Shown: positions 1 through 12,094 of the stretch, one piece after another | Layout: each line of letters begins with the position of its first letter | Numbering within the stretch: the first letter of the stretch is position 1 | DNA from: Phoronis australis | Taxonomy: Eukaryota; Animalia; Phoronida | Direction of reading: 5' to 3' | Length of the DNA stretch: 57,938 nucleotides | Assembly: GCA_002633005.1 (NCBI GenBank) | Contig: NMRA01000669.1 | Span: 158,512 to 216,449 of the forward strand | Notes under the pieces: generated by a model | Database searches by the model: none | What the model saw: the letters and a program-made list of their open reading frames with translations, nothing else | What the model was told of the DNA's origin: nothing | Position numbers and translations under genes: made by a program

Positions 1-2552
1 TGCCGTGGAGTATTAATAGTCCAAGGCTCGATCTACATGTTGGGGACGAGGTGAACTACCCGGGCTGTGTGAAATTTCTGGGTCTAACGGAGACACTGAC
101 GCAGTGGTCAGCCAGCTCGCTGTATCAAGACTATAGTCAAAATCCAAATTCGTTTTATCGTGTCCCTGTCAATAATAATGGCATGCTAAAGCCTTCTTAA
201 TTTTTGTACTTCAGGAACATAACAATCACGTGTTTTGTACACATACGCGCACGCTGCAGATCATATCTCGGAAATTGCCGATTTGACGGATGACAATGAA
301 TGAACACAAAGAAATTAAACAACATCGTTTTACAGCTTGTAAGATTCATAATAAACGTACATATTTTGAATATTGCAATGCAAGTGTTCCAAAATCTAAA
401 TAACTTGGGTCCTATATTTTTGTATTCGTGCGCGCCGATTGAAAGTAATCGTGAGTGTTGCTGTGTTGCAAAATCTCTTATAACGGGCCGATTTGAAAAA
501 TTCAAAGTTGTACTAATATTTGTTTGCGCTCCTCTTTTCATATATTACAGTAAAAACTACTTGTAACTCTCTCCATAAAAAGTACAGTCTGCTACGTAGA
601 TTGTAATCAGCTGATCATATCCGCATGAGCGAAGCCAATTATCCTCGCTCGTGACTTGATGAATAGAGCAGCTAAGCGGCATCCCTTTGATCGTGAGCCG
701 AGCACGACTCAGCCAAGGTGGATAAATACGGTCTAGTTCAATTTTCCATACCCCACCGTTTACCAAAACGAGCAGGGTTAGGACAAATCTTATTTAGTGG
801 GACTGTTCATAGCATGCGTGGAGAAATTTTCAAATCAGATGTAGGGAGTATTATGTGCTTAATAAGTGAAATTATGTAGCTAGTCAAATTTTCTAGTTCA
901 AACAACAAAATAGTACAATTTTCAATGACCAATTTTAATTAGTTTTAAAGTATAGGCCACAGTTTCTAAGACGGGTGGAAAAGAATGTTGCTACCAAGAC
1001 TTTCCCTAGATGAGCTCATGGGTGTGTACTCGGAAAATGAAAAATTACATGCGTTTTTTTAACAACAAATAAATGCCGCCGCGTTTTCGGAAAAGGGGGA
1101 GGCGTGTAAACGAAGGCATAGGTTTGACATGTTTCATAAGAGTTAGAACTGTGTTTTTAAATTTTATGTTTAATGCATAGTTTGCCAACACTTCGTCATG
1201 ATAAATGCTTCACAAAATGCCTAAACCCCCCATTACCTGGACACTTGACACCAGAACAGCAACTAAATGCCCATGGACATTTATTCGACATACTTTTGCC
1301 AATTAAACACCCATGGGCCAATAACCGCTTTCTCATTAGAGGAACTTAGGTTTATCGAAGCTTCACCAAAACTTTGCTTACCTTTCGGACTAGATAGCAA
1401 TATAGAAGTTATCGCTAGGACACGAAACTACCCAGTACATATGTACTCTCTAACGAATATTGAGTAGTGGGTTCAAGGCTAACTGAAAATTGTTCCCCTG
1501 CCATTTTCGAGTGTTTATGAAAATGATCAATGTCATTCTTCATCAGATATGCTTTTCTTTTTACTTACGTCTGTCTATTGAGAGCACATCAGCTATACTA
1601 CAATAACAAAGAACACATTTTGCGAGTCTCGTGTGATCGGATATCCTTGTCGCCACTTCTACCGAAAACTTTGACGAAGCTTTGCTCTCATCGTTCCCAC
1701 TACACCAGAGCTTCAGCGAGTACCGAAGCTTCCATATAAACCCCACTATTTTCAGCAGTTTTGCTTGCAGATGAACTACCGAAGTTAACCATTCCCACTT
1801 ACTGAAAGTTTGGTTAAAGCGAAGTTTCACCTCTCATGAAAAAGCGACTTTAAAGAAACCATCCACCTTCAGCTGATACTAGTCTTTCACTTGAGATTAA
1901 GTTGAGTAATCATGTGTCTAATTGCCCATCATAAACATATGGTTGTAAACACTAAGGGGCAACACTATTACTTTTCATTTTAAAAGTTTTTAAATAGCAT
2001 ATTCCAATAATTTGTGAAAAGTACATGTGGTTAGGTTTATGAATTTTGAAAATCAGCCAAGAAATGTGACTTTCGTGACATAGAGCTACAAAGTAGACCA
2101 CAGCCAATATTCTGTTGGGGGGGGGGGTGCATTTTAATGCCTGCCTTCCTCAAGTTTGAAACTCAGTTTGGTGAAGTAAATTACATCTGAGCCTGAGCAG
2201 AGGGCGCTTAATTGAAAATTCCTTTAAGTACGTGCTCGGCAATTAGCTGATCAGAGATTACTTTATTCGAAAAATTTTCAGAAATAGCGAGCGGGCAAGG
2301 GAGTTAAACCAAATGTTTATAGCGTACGCGAGACCGGAGCAAGACGAAACAAGTCATGAATGCCAACACACAATAACTTGAAAATGCTGGTTAGTACAGC
2401 ATAAAAAAATTCTTCATAGCTCAATCGCTACATCCCAAAGGCATACTGGCAGGTTATCACAAATACACGTATTGAATAGACCTGCCAAAAACAGACTGCA
2501 CTTACAATAATCAACATGGTGGTTGCAATCAATTAAATAAAATAACGCATAC

Positions 2553-2943
2553 CTTGAAGCAAGTTTATTCTTTTCACGGCGCGACCTTGGCCTTTCATTC
2601 GATGGCAGCTCACTCACTGGTGTCATGTCAGTAATTCGTTTATTCAGTTTTTTCAACTCCATTCCAATGTTATACATTTTGCGTGGGTTCGGCACCACAT
2701 CGTTTCCATCTCCTCTCCGCTGCTTGCCTCCATGTAAAATCCCGGCAAGCAGACTCTGACCTGGATCAAAAACGGGGTCGTGGAATTTATTAAGTGCGTG
2801 GGGGTCTTTTTGTTCTATATACAGACACAGTTTTGCCCCCTTTGGCCCCTTAGATTGCGAGTTGTATTGCCAAAATGGTTTGTCTGTGTCATGGAAGTCC
2901 ACTTGCTCCGTAGTGAAGGAACAATTCGAGCTATCCTGTGACC
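2553..2943 (-). CDS. CREBRF: CREB3 regulatory factor (CREBRF/REPTOR-like), exon with conserved pre-bZIP region and start of basic region; gene continues left of window
   Basis: Encodes [12 protein letters not shown]...[47 protein letters not shown], closely resembling the CREBRF/REPTOR bZIP N-terminus. Acceptor ttctgtag and donor AG|gtatgc; phase 1 in, phase 2 out. Confidence 0.9.
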
Positions 2944-3512
2944 CTACAGAATAAAACCTTAACCATGAGTAGATAGGCTTACAAAATCCAATCCAGCCAA
3001 ACAATGTCAAGGAATTAAAGCAAAAATTGAAACCACCCAAGATGCTATGAACTCAGAAATAAATTCAAGAGGTAAATAATAAAGAAATATTGTGCCTTCC
3101 AATAGCTCCCAATTAACATATGACCCATTTGAACCATCCACCATATTGTTTTAGCAACAGCCTGTTTCACAGCTACCCAACAATCATTTATCGATAAAAG
3201 CCCAATGAGGAGTTTTCTATTCTCTGTAACTCGACATCATGGAAAGTATTAATTTTGTTTTCACGACAAAGGTTCACCGTATTTGTCAGCAATCAGTGCA
3301 ATTGTAAATTATTGAAAAAAATGATCAAATCTTGAGCATCTGCAGCAATACGGTAAGCCTTCAAAAATCATGAATAAACATTCACAACTTTACCAAATTG
3401 AGAAAGTTTAACCAAAGTAAAATCCTGTAGATTTCACGTCCTGCTCGTCGACAAATCATTCACTCACAATTAAATTTACAACTGAAAAATAATGACAAAA
3501 TTGATAGCGTAC

Positions 3513-3602
3513 CGACATCGGACATAGTCTCATCATCGGAGTGGTCAGAGTCTCCACACAAAGATTCAGCGTCTTCCTCCATCTCCTCTGCCATGACTGC
3601 AT
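3513..3602 (-). CDS. CREBRF: CREBRF acidic 90-nt exon (DAVMAEEMEEDAESLCGDSDHSDDETMSDV)
   Basis: Acceptor tgttacag and donor G|gtacgc. Phase 1-1 joins both neighbours in frame; acidic tract as expected upstream of the CREBRF bZIP. Not in the ORF track. Confidence 0.85.
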
Positions 3603-4803
3603 CTGTAACACGTAGGACAGTTTTAAGCAGACGCTTCAGACACTATATACTAATGTTTGTACCATTATTTCCACAAGTCTATGACAACATAAGATGAGCT
3701 TAAAAAGAAATAGTCTCCATGTAGCATGCCGTACCAACTCGGATTAACACCCACAGCTCTCAAATCAAGGCACTAATAATCAAGCATTTGCATGTTTTGC
3801 TACATGAGGCCACAAGACCATTACCCTTGAGCTGTTAATAAAGGGTATGTGAGCAAAAAAACTATCCATTTTTACGCGTTATACTAACTGAAACCAATTC
3901 CGTTTAAAGAAATTATATGAGGTTTTTAAGATGCACCTGCATTGTGAGAAATAAAGTTTTATCAAAATAATTCGCTTGGCTAATTTTGATGATGAACTTG
4001 ACCTAGTTTTAATTTTGACACTCGGCACAGAAATGTCAACACCTTGTAGTGATTATCAAATCTCAAATTTCGCACAATAATTTTGCAAAAACAGCGATGT
4101 CCAATTTTTTTCAAAGGCATTAAACTGTTCAAAATCTTCCACACATTTTCACTTCACTATGTCTTGTAATATGCCCAGTACTGCATGTTGATGCTTGGCT
4201 TATCTCTATTTCAAACAAATGACTCCTGGCCCAAGGTAAGTGGTCTTATTGTGTTGCATGGACAGAATAAATGAAGTGCAAGAGTTTTGTACACAACAAG
4301 CCAGAGATGTTTACATCCTGTTTTTTGGGTAAATTGAGAAGTTGCCTATCTCATGGTTACCCTCTGGCTATTCTGTGAAAAAGGTAACAGCTGTGTTGCT
4401 GTGTATTGGAATACCAGAAACATTGGGGGGGGAGGGGTGAACAGGACAAATTCCACAAATGGACATGTGGCCAAGTATTCCTGCTAACTGCTGGTATCTG
4501 GAATTTTTATTGTTCCTTTCAGCAGGCATTGACTACTCTTTTGAGTGTGATGTTAACCAGACTGTAACATGACATATGTCAACATGTTGCAGATACTAAA
4601 CAACCCATGGCAACTCATAGATAACAGTTTGGTCAATTTGGTGGAAATTAGAATACGAAGGCAAATACTGTCCAAATGCAAATATTTAAGTGATTGAAAT
4701 TTTAGCACAAAAAATTTCAGGATTACTAAACTTCTTGTGTTTACCATATCATGTGCTGAACAGAAGAGCAACTTTTGTAAGCACGGAAACTGCAAATACT
4801 CAC

Positions 4804-5671
4804 CAGCATCATTTTCCGGTTTCACCCGAGAATTTTCTCCAGTGTTACTGTGCAGCAGTTCTTTTATTTCTTCCCATTTTTCCATCAAACTATCCTCAGG
4901 TTGCGTTGCCTCTGGTGTCGCTTCGGTCTGAGATGTGGTGTTGCCATGGTTACGGCTCCCATTTCCTGGATACACCAATAGTTGTGATAGAGAATAGTTA
5001 GTCATATTGTTTCTTGCTTTTTCCTGCACCACAGTAGGCAAAGACGACAGCCGTGCACTCGCGACTTCACTCTTCACTGATGGGGAAAGCAAAGTACGGC
5101 TGACCTTTGAATCCACCGAGATCACCGGCTCATTCGCTCCAAAAAAGTTTGCAGACTGAGAAACGCTTTGTGCGAGTTTCGAATCATCGGTCTTAATTTT
5201 TGATAAATCTTCAATGTCATCTAAGAACCCCATCGAATCTTGGCTGTTTAGTTCAGCCAGTGTGGGTCCTTGTTTTGCTTCATTGGAGTCTACTTGGAAA
5301 ACCTCGTCCAAGTTCATAAGACCAAGGTCCTTTCCGGAACAAAGTTGGGCAAACTTAAATTGCTCTTCGCTCGTATCCAATGTGCATTGTCCATTGTCAC
5401 CGACCCACATGCTGACAGACCTACTCTCCATACCAGGGCTTAACTCGCCAAAATCTGAACATTCCACGTCTTCGATTTTGGGACTACTCATGTACCCGCA
5501 CTGGTCATAGGAATTAGCCATATCAGATCGCTCTTGCTCATAAATGTAGAGAGAGTTGGGGCTGTATGCATAAGCACCGGCATCGACAGTGCTGGCACAA
5601 TGATCCAAATATCCCGTTGACTGCACTAAATAGCCTTGATGAGAGGCGTCCATAACATCACTTTTCGAACC
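4804..5671 (-). CDS. CREBRF: CREBRF large N-terminal exon
   Basis: Core of ORF 4553..5698. Acceptor ttcttgcag and donor G|gtgagt; 868 nt (phase 0 to 1); contains GPTLAELN motif. Confidence 0.85.
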
Positions 5672-8658
5672 CTGCAAGAACGCAAAGAACAAATTCATTA
5701 ACTAATTTAACTGTACATATTGCAAGATCCAAACTACATGTAATGCAGAAAACAAAAGCAAAATTTTCAAAACGACTTACATCTCTTTTGAGCTGGAGAA
5801 TAATGTAAAGCAATGTTTCATAAACATATTGCGTAAAGTTATCTGATGCACCCAGATGGTACTGCTGTGACTGCTGCTGCTCCAAAGAGGCGGCCATGAT
5901 AGTGCACTAGAATGTGCTTTTAAATACGTGATCAAAATCTTTCCTTACAACTACATTTTCAGGTTTTATTTGACCTAGTTGTTAGATCATGAGCAAGAGC
6001 CAATCAGACTCAATGTTCAGGGCAATGACCTCAATGAAAATAGCTAAGCACAGTGATAAACCCGAGGAGTGATATGGTGACGTAATTTGGGTTAAAATGC
6101 TCAGGATGCATTTTTATTACATTTATATAATTTACATAATTTGTAAACTTAATAACTAAAATGATTTCTTTCACAGGGCACAAACTAAGCTGTACAAGGT
6201 CACCACTCAATGACCCACAAAATATTCAAGAAATGTTGACATCAGACAGACCTTGACATTGTTTCAAGGTCAACATGATTTTCTGCACAAACAATCTGTC
6301 ACCCTTGTACTACTTTCACAGGCTGCTGATGCACAGAGAACACAGCATGTAAACAACATTCATTGGATACACAACAGTCACATGACCACCCACTGATCAA
6401 TCAACATAATGACCTTTCAAAGGCCAAGCCTGTCATGGCAACACAGAACATAGGCTGTGATGAGGTGCTAAGAGTAATAACATATTATGTAGTAAAAATA
6501 AACAAAGCTTGTTGGTAATTGGTCTAGACAGGCAACCATAGGACTAACCTAGATCTGTGTTGTGGTATTGATAATTTCTAACCTGGATTAAACCAGTTAT
6601 GTTGACATTTTCCTGCTAAAGATTAAAGCAGTGTTTATGCACTATGGTTTTGGGTCCCCAGCATTCTGGGAAACAGTGCAACATACTAAATCACTTAGGA
6701 AACAATAATTCATATTTGGTAACCAGTAGGAACTTTGAACCAGCTTGACATTTAAATTACAGAATGATGGGTTAGGCATGCTAATCCCTACCTTCAATTA
6801 CAACTCACAACTACTGCACACAGGTTATACTCAGGTTGTCTTGTGTACGTAGAACAAGAACAAGCACAATTTGGCAGAATACATATCCACTTCCGAAAGT
6901 AAACACCAACAAAGGTGAAAATCTGGGACTGGCCAGTTAAGGGCAATGATTACTCTGTCCTAATTTGAACTTCCTTGCTTTAGAAGATGTAGACAGGAGA
7001 ACCTGTTGTGTTAGTGACCTAATGTTCAACTCTGGGACACTTCTGAGTACAGTCAACTAAGTTTAGGAAGTTGCCAAACAATTCACACAATTTATTAAAC
7101 AGATACTTGTTGAAACCTCCCAGGGATTAACATTGCAAAAATTGAAGTAAAAGCAAAACTTCTAGTAGGCAGTGTAAAATGAGGTGACCAGTCTAAGAAC
7201 AGTAGACCTGCCATAGACCAAAATGCGCAGTGGCATGACAAGAGCATGACTGGAATTGAACTTTATGTACCACGGGCCCACATTTTGGGACCTTGACTTA
7301 CTACAAACTAGGCCCCCAGGACACCACATATATGATTGCGTACAAAACTGTGAGCTGATATTAGGTATGCTGGTTTAAGAGCAATTGTCACATTAGGCTT
7401 TGCAAATTGGATTGTCATAGTTACGTGTCATTGCAGTGTACCTAGCTTGCTCTTAAGGAAAAACGAAGTGTTCTTTGCAAATACAGAAATCCTCTCTCAT
7501 CTGAATAAGTTGTCTATAAAACTCTAAAGTTTGGTTCTTGGTCACATTATATACATTCATACTAATATACTAAATTAGGATTTGGTAGAAATTGTAAGAT
7601 AATTGGCATGTCAGATGTGATGCCAGACAAAAGAATGCTGAACAATGGTCCACATAAGTGGTATTTACCCCACAAAAGTTAACACTGATTCGCTGGCACA
7701 GAACAAGATGAACCAGCGGAAGGGATAATCTCTGTTGTACTTTCACAAAAATGCAGGTGATCATTTTCAAAATTTTTTAAGATTTGTCAGTCAGCTGGTC
7801 AGTGCCTTGACTTCTAACCTTAACCCTGTCAACTACTTATTTTGACAGGATATTATCAGAATATTGTACACACAGTTAACAGTGAAGTCTGGGTTCATTA
7901 ATTCAAATGTTTGATTATTTACAGTAAGCCTATCGATGAAACCCTTAATCATCTGATCAAAAAATCATTGAAGCAAGTATGTACACTAGGAGTTAGAAGC
8001 ATCATCAAACAACATCAATAATAATAATAATAATGAACTGTGACTCCCGCAATTTGCATCTTTGTGCATGAGCACACCTCATTCCTGCCAACAACTTCCC
8101 CCTTGCCACTGTTTCTGAGTTGTGTAAATGGCACTTGACACCTATCATCTTGAGTGTCAAAAGTTAATGTCTAAATAGGATTGATCTGAATTTAGAAACA
8201 GCTGTTGCCAGGAGCTGACAAACACCACCAAGTCTCTGTAATGACTGACATCACTCTAACTACTCTAGATGAATTGACTGTTAATTGAAGGGCCACCTCT
8301 GTATGCAGCTTTCAATTCTCCCAAATCATTTCAGTTAATTGATGAGGAGCAACATACTTTCTTTAACCAACACAAAGCCAACATAACCCAAAGTAATACT
8401 GAGACTACAAATCTATAATGAAAATAAAAATAAAAATATTGAATTGCACCAGTTGCTACAGTAGGAAGATTTAGACCTTACAATAGATAACAGAATCGAT
8501 AAAAACATTCCACTAAATGTGATAATTTTGTTGCTTGCAAACTACAAAAAGGTGTTCCATTTGCATTATAGATTAGAAAGTTGGCCCATTTCATGTCACC
8601 TTGTACTGTTTCCAGTCATAGGTACATAATTCCTGCTGTAGCCATTTATCAAGCACTC

Positions 8659-8703
8659 TCATCTACAGGTAATTCATTTACAGGTAATTCATCTACAGGT
8701 AAT
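8659..8703. repeat. 15-bp tandem repeat, 3 copies
   Basis: TCATCTACAGGTAAT / TCATTTACAGGTAAT. Confidence 0.85.
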
Positions 8704-9585
8704 GTCTTGTTATGTGGAGTAGGAACACTACCGCAATAGTGATGGCTTCACAGCGATAAAACAGTGCCCACACCAGATTCAATATCGCGGAGTAAAATTA
8801 TGTATATAGCCATTTTTCCAAGTGGTTAGCTCCTGAAATTGAATTTCTCATGAAAAGTTAAGGCATGAATAAGTTTCCCTTGAATAAATATACAGATTAA
8901 CCAAAACAGAAGGGTTAGGGTTCTGTAGCACTGGCTAACAAATGGTTTTAGGAAATCTTTGAAATACATTATATAACAGGCATTCCAGACCTGATGCTGG
9001 AAGAAACAGTAAAGGCTTAGCAATGGACTATATTTATATATGGAGTCACATAGATATAGAAACTGCTGTTGTATGGAGTGGAAACCAAACCAATGTTTTC
9101 AAGCCCAGTTGAGCCAGATACACAGCACAGGTACACAAGAATTCCAGAGATTCTGATGAGTGTTAGTACCCTGACGAGAAACTCTTGCCAACCTCCAAAT
9201 GATGCCACATTTTGTACACACACTAATGCCACGAAGACAGAATATCTACAGGAGACAATACCTAAACTTGGGACAACACCATCTGGGAAAACACCCTTAG
9301 CAACATGTGTGTCTACCAAACCAACATAACCTATGTGAGAATTCCAGGGAAAGTTCCAGTGGTTGAGCATATAGTTCATCAAGTAATCACAAGTATGTAA
9401 CCCTTAAGCATTTACATACATATTCAATGACAAGCCGTTGGTTCGAATACATTGCCATTATCATGGGTGGAGACCACACTGTAACCAAAGAATGACAGCA
9501 GCGACAAACTCAGAAGCTTGATAAAAATGAAGAACTTGTAAAACTGATTCACTCTTAAGACTCATTTCTAAAGGAAAAATCTTAC

Positions 9586-9615
9586 CGCAACCACTACTCC
9601 ACATTGTACAGTCAT
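9586..9615 (-). CDS. CREBRF: Putative first coding segment of CREBRF (MTVQCGVVVA) in an exon of about 9586-9730
   Basis: ATG at 9615, 10 codons, then GCG|gtaaga donor; phase 0 matches the next exon. Acceptor ttgcag at 9731-9736. Alternative start is the Met inside the 4804-5671 exon. Confidence 0.5.
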
Positions 9616-11312
9616 TTTAGCTTTCAGGCGAGACACAAGTAGCTCTTTTCGGAGTCCAAATTTATCCACGTCGAGTGAGAGTGTTAGCTGTTCACTCGGG
9701 TATTACCCCTTCCTCTAGATCCTTCAATGACTGCAACAGTGTAGACGCAAAAGTCTGAAAATTTTACAAAGTGTTCATACACGAAAGCATAATTTCAAAC
9801 AGCTGCATTGACTAACTGACTGTATGAACAAGAATCATTCGCCAGTCTCTACAAAAAAATGAACAGTGAATCATTTTTTGAATGCAATGATTAATCTAAG
9901 TCCAGCGACTACTGCTTACCTGCCAACGTTTCTGTCTTTATTTTGGTATCAGTGTCACATAATACCACTGGCTATACACATTTGACAGCCAGTACATCCA
10001 GGCAATTTGACTTCATGAGTCAAAACCTGCTGATGACACGAAATTTCAACACGCCTATGGAATCTAAATATAACTGGAAAACTGCCATGACAGAGGTTCC
10101 AAGAATTGTGAGGGAAAAACCCAGTGACAATGACTGAGAAACTAGATTAAAACACAAATCTTGCAGAAATTGAACCTAGTTGAACTAATTACCAGAAATC
10201 CAGGAAGGTGACAATGGAGTGGCCAACACTGTGCATCCAGTCTCAAAATTACACAACCAGGTCATTCAGTGCAAAATGGCAATTTTAGTTAATAGATAAA
10301 GCCTGCAAATCAAGACCATTCATCTAAGCCTTTATTGTTATCTTCTCCCGATTGTAGATCAATACAAAACTTCAATGCAAACAATAATTGTCTAAATTCA
10401 AGTAGAACTGAGGTTCATGACTTTAAAAGTCCTGAGTCATTCTGGGAACTAAGCTTTGGCTAAGGGCCCTGGAAAGACATATCTTGCAAAACACAACTAA
10501 TCACCAACAAATACTCACCAAATCAACTAAACCTTTTGCAAATATATCACCCAAAGACGGTGCTTCAAAATTAGGATGTCTCTTTGTATTTCTCAGCGCG
10601 ATTTTATTGCCTTTATCGAAGAAATCTTCTGACACCCCGAAATTTTAGCCACTTCTAACCTGTTTGTTTTGATCCTGTCAGCTGACTCTTCAACGAATTT
10701 AACAGTGTCACGGGACCAAACGTCACCAGTTCTAACCAATGGTATGTCAAGATCGAAATGAACTCCGCCTATCAACAGTGGAGAATTGGGTCACGGAAAT
10801 TTCTGGAACGATTGAAATTTCCAGTTTTCGCCAACAAACAGGGTAAATTTGATTTTCCACAACTGCAATTGTGCTTGTCAAAATACTGTTGACTGTAAAG
10901 GTCATTTTTACTAAAATAGAAGAAAACCAGATTCACAAAAGTCCATTTTCATGCAGTAAACAGGTGTTTCTATAAATAACACGTGACGTCATAAAAAGGT
11001 TTCACCAAGGTCAACTGGGGATGGTTTTGCCAGCAAAAAATCGAAGACAACACATTACGTCGTGAATTCAAATTGTGTATATCCATAACCACGCGATTCA
11101 TAGAAAACAACGTGAAGGAATGCCGTGCAAATCAGTTGTCAGGATTGAAAATTCCAATATTGCATCAGAAATTCCGAGAACTGTAACACGGAAGTAATCG
11201 CTGCAAATGTGATTTGTATGTCGAACACCAGGGGGCAATCAAAACACGTCCGCACGTCTGTTGTCCTTCGGCGAAAGCCGATACTTTAGCCCGGCTGTCT
11301 CACGACTTCGGG

Positions 11313-11361
11313 TAGGCAATGACCATCACCTCTGTTGGCCCGAACCAGAGGTCATTGCCTA
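11313..11361. mobile_element. 49-bp hairpin MITE, Mutator-like
   Basis: TAGGCAATGACC...GGTCATTGCCTA termini; perfect 9-bp direct repeat GACTTCGGG at 11304-11312 and 11362-11370. Confidence 0.8.
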
Positions 11362-11711
11362 GACTTCGGGTAGTTTTGCTGAAAACCCGAAAATCTGCCC
11401 ACAACTCAAAGTCAAAATACAGAACTCGATCGGGAGCAGAAAAAAAAAAAAAATTAGGCCGCATAACCGACTCACGGCTTGCCTATATCCGGTAGTGAGG
11501 AACCGCTCGTCGGGGTCCTCGAGATCGCAACTCGAATTTTGTCAGCCGGTTTCTATTCTACTTTTGTGCGACCTCATCCTAAGTGTCTACTATTCTATGC
11601 TCGACTGGAGTATACTGCCTGTGTCCAATGTGAGTTAGTCTGCTAATTTACAGGAGCTATAAGAATCTGAACTCCGGCAATTGAAAAATTCGATTTTTTC
11701 ACGGTTGGCAC

Positions 11712-11769
11712 TAGGCAATGACCATCGCCTCTGTTGGCCCGGGCCAACAGAGGCGATGGTCATTGCCTA
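11712..11769. mobile_element. 58-bp perfect palindrome MITE, Mutator-like
   Basis: TAGGCAATGACCATCGCCTCTGTTGGCCC plus its exact reverse complement; perfect 9-bp direct repeat GGTTGGCAC at 11703-11711 and 11770-11778. Confidence 0.85.
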
Positions 11770-11789
11770 GGTTGGCACATGATCTAAGC

Positions 11790-12094
11790 CAGGGGAGGAT
11801 CTAGGATTTTGAGTAGGGCCGGGGAGGGGGGGGGGGGGGCGGNNNNNNNNNNNNNNNNNNNNNNNNNNNNNNNNNNNNNNNNNNNNNNNNNNNNNNNNNN
11901 NNNNNNNNNNNNNNNNNNNNNNNNNNNNNNNNNNNNNNNNNNNNNNNNNNNNNNNNNNNNNNNNNNNNNNNNNNNNNNNNNNNNNNNNNNNNNNNNNNNN
12001 NNNNNNNNNNNNNNNNNNNNNNNNNNNNNNNNNNNNNNNNNNNNNNNNNNNNNNNNNNNNNNNNNNNNNNAGGGCCCCCCTAAATCTGCCACTC
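11790..12094. mobile_element. Non-autonomous hAT-like MITE spanning an assembly gap
   Basis: Ends CAGGGGAGGATCTAG and CTAAATCTGCCACTC resemble the 29467 and 51506 elements; G/C runs; N-gap at 11843-12070; no TSD evident. Confidence 0.5.

Noticed and set aside
1-2400. Remaining CREBRF bZIP exon (expected ACRLKKKAQHEANK) and short ORFs
   Set aside because: Motif not found. The region looks like repeat-derived intron, with possible TE ends near 135 and 2306 that are too weak to call.
9017-9382. Overlapping 121-aa and 86-aa ORFs in a CREBRF intron
   Set aside because: No recognisable motifs or splice support; lengths compatible with chance.
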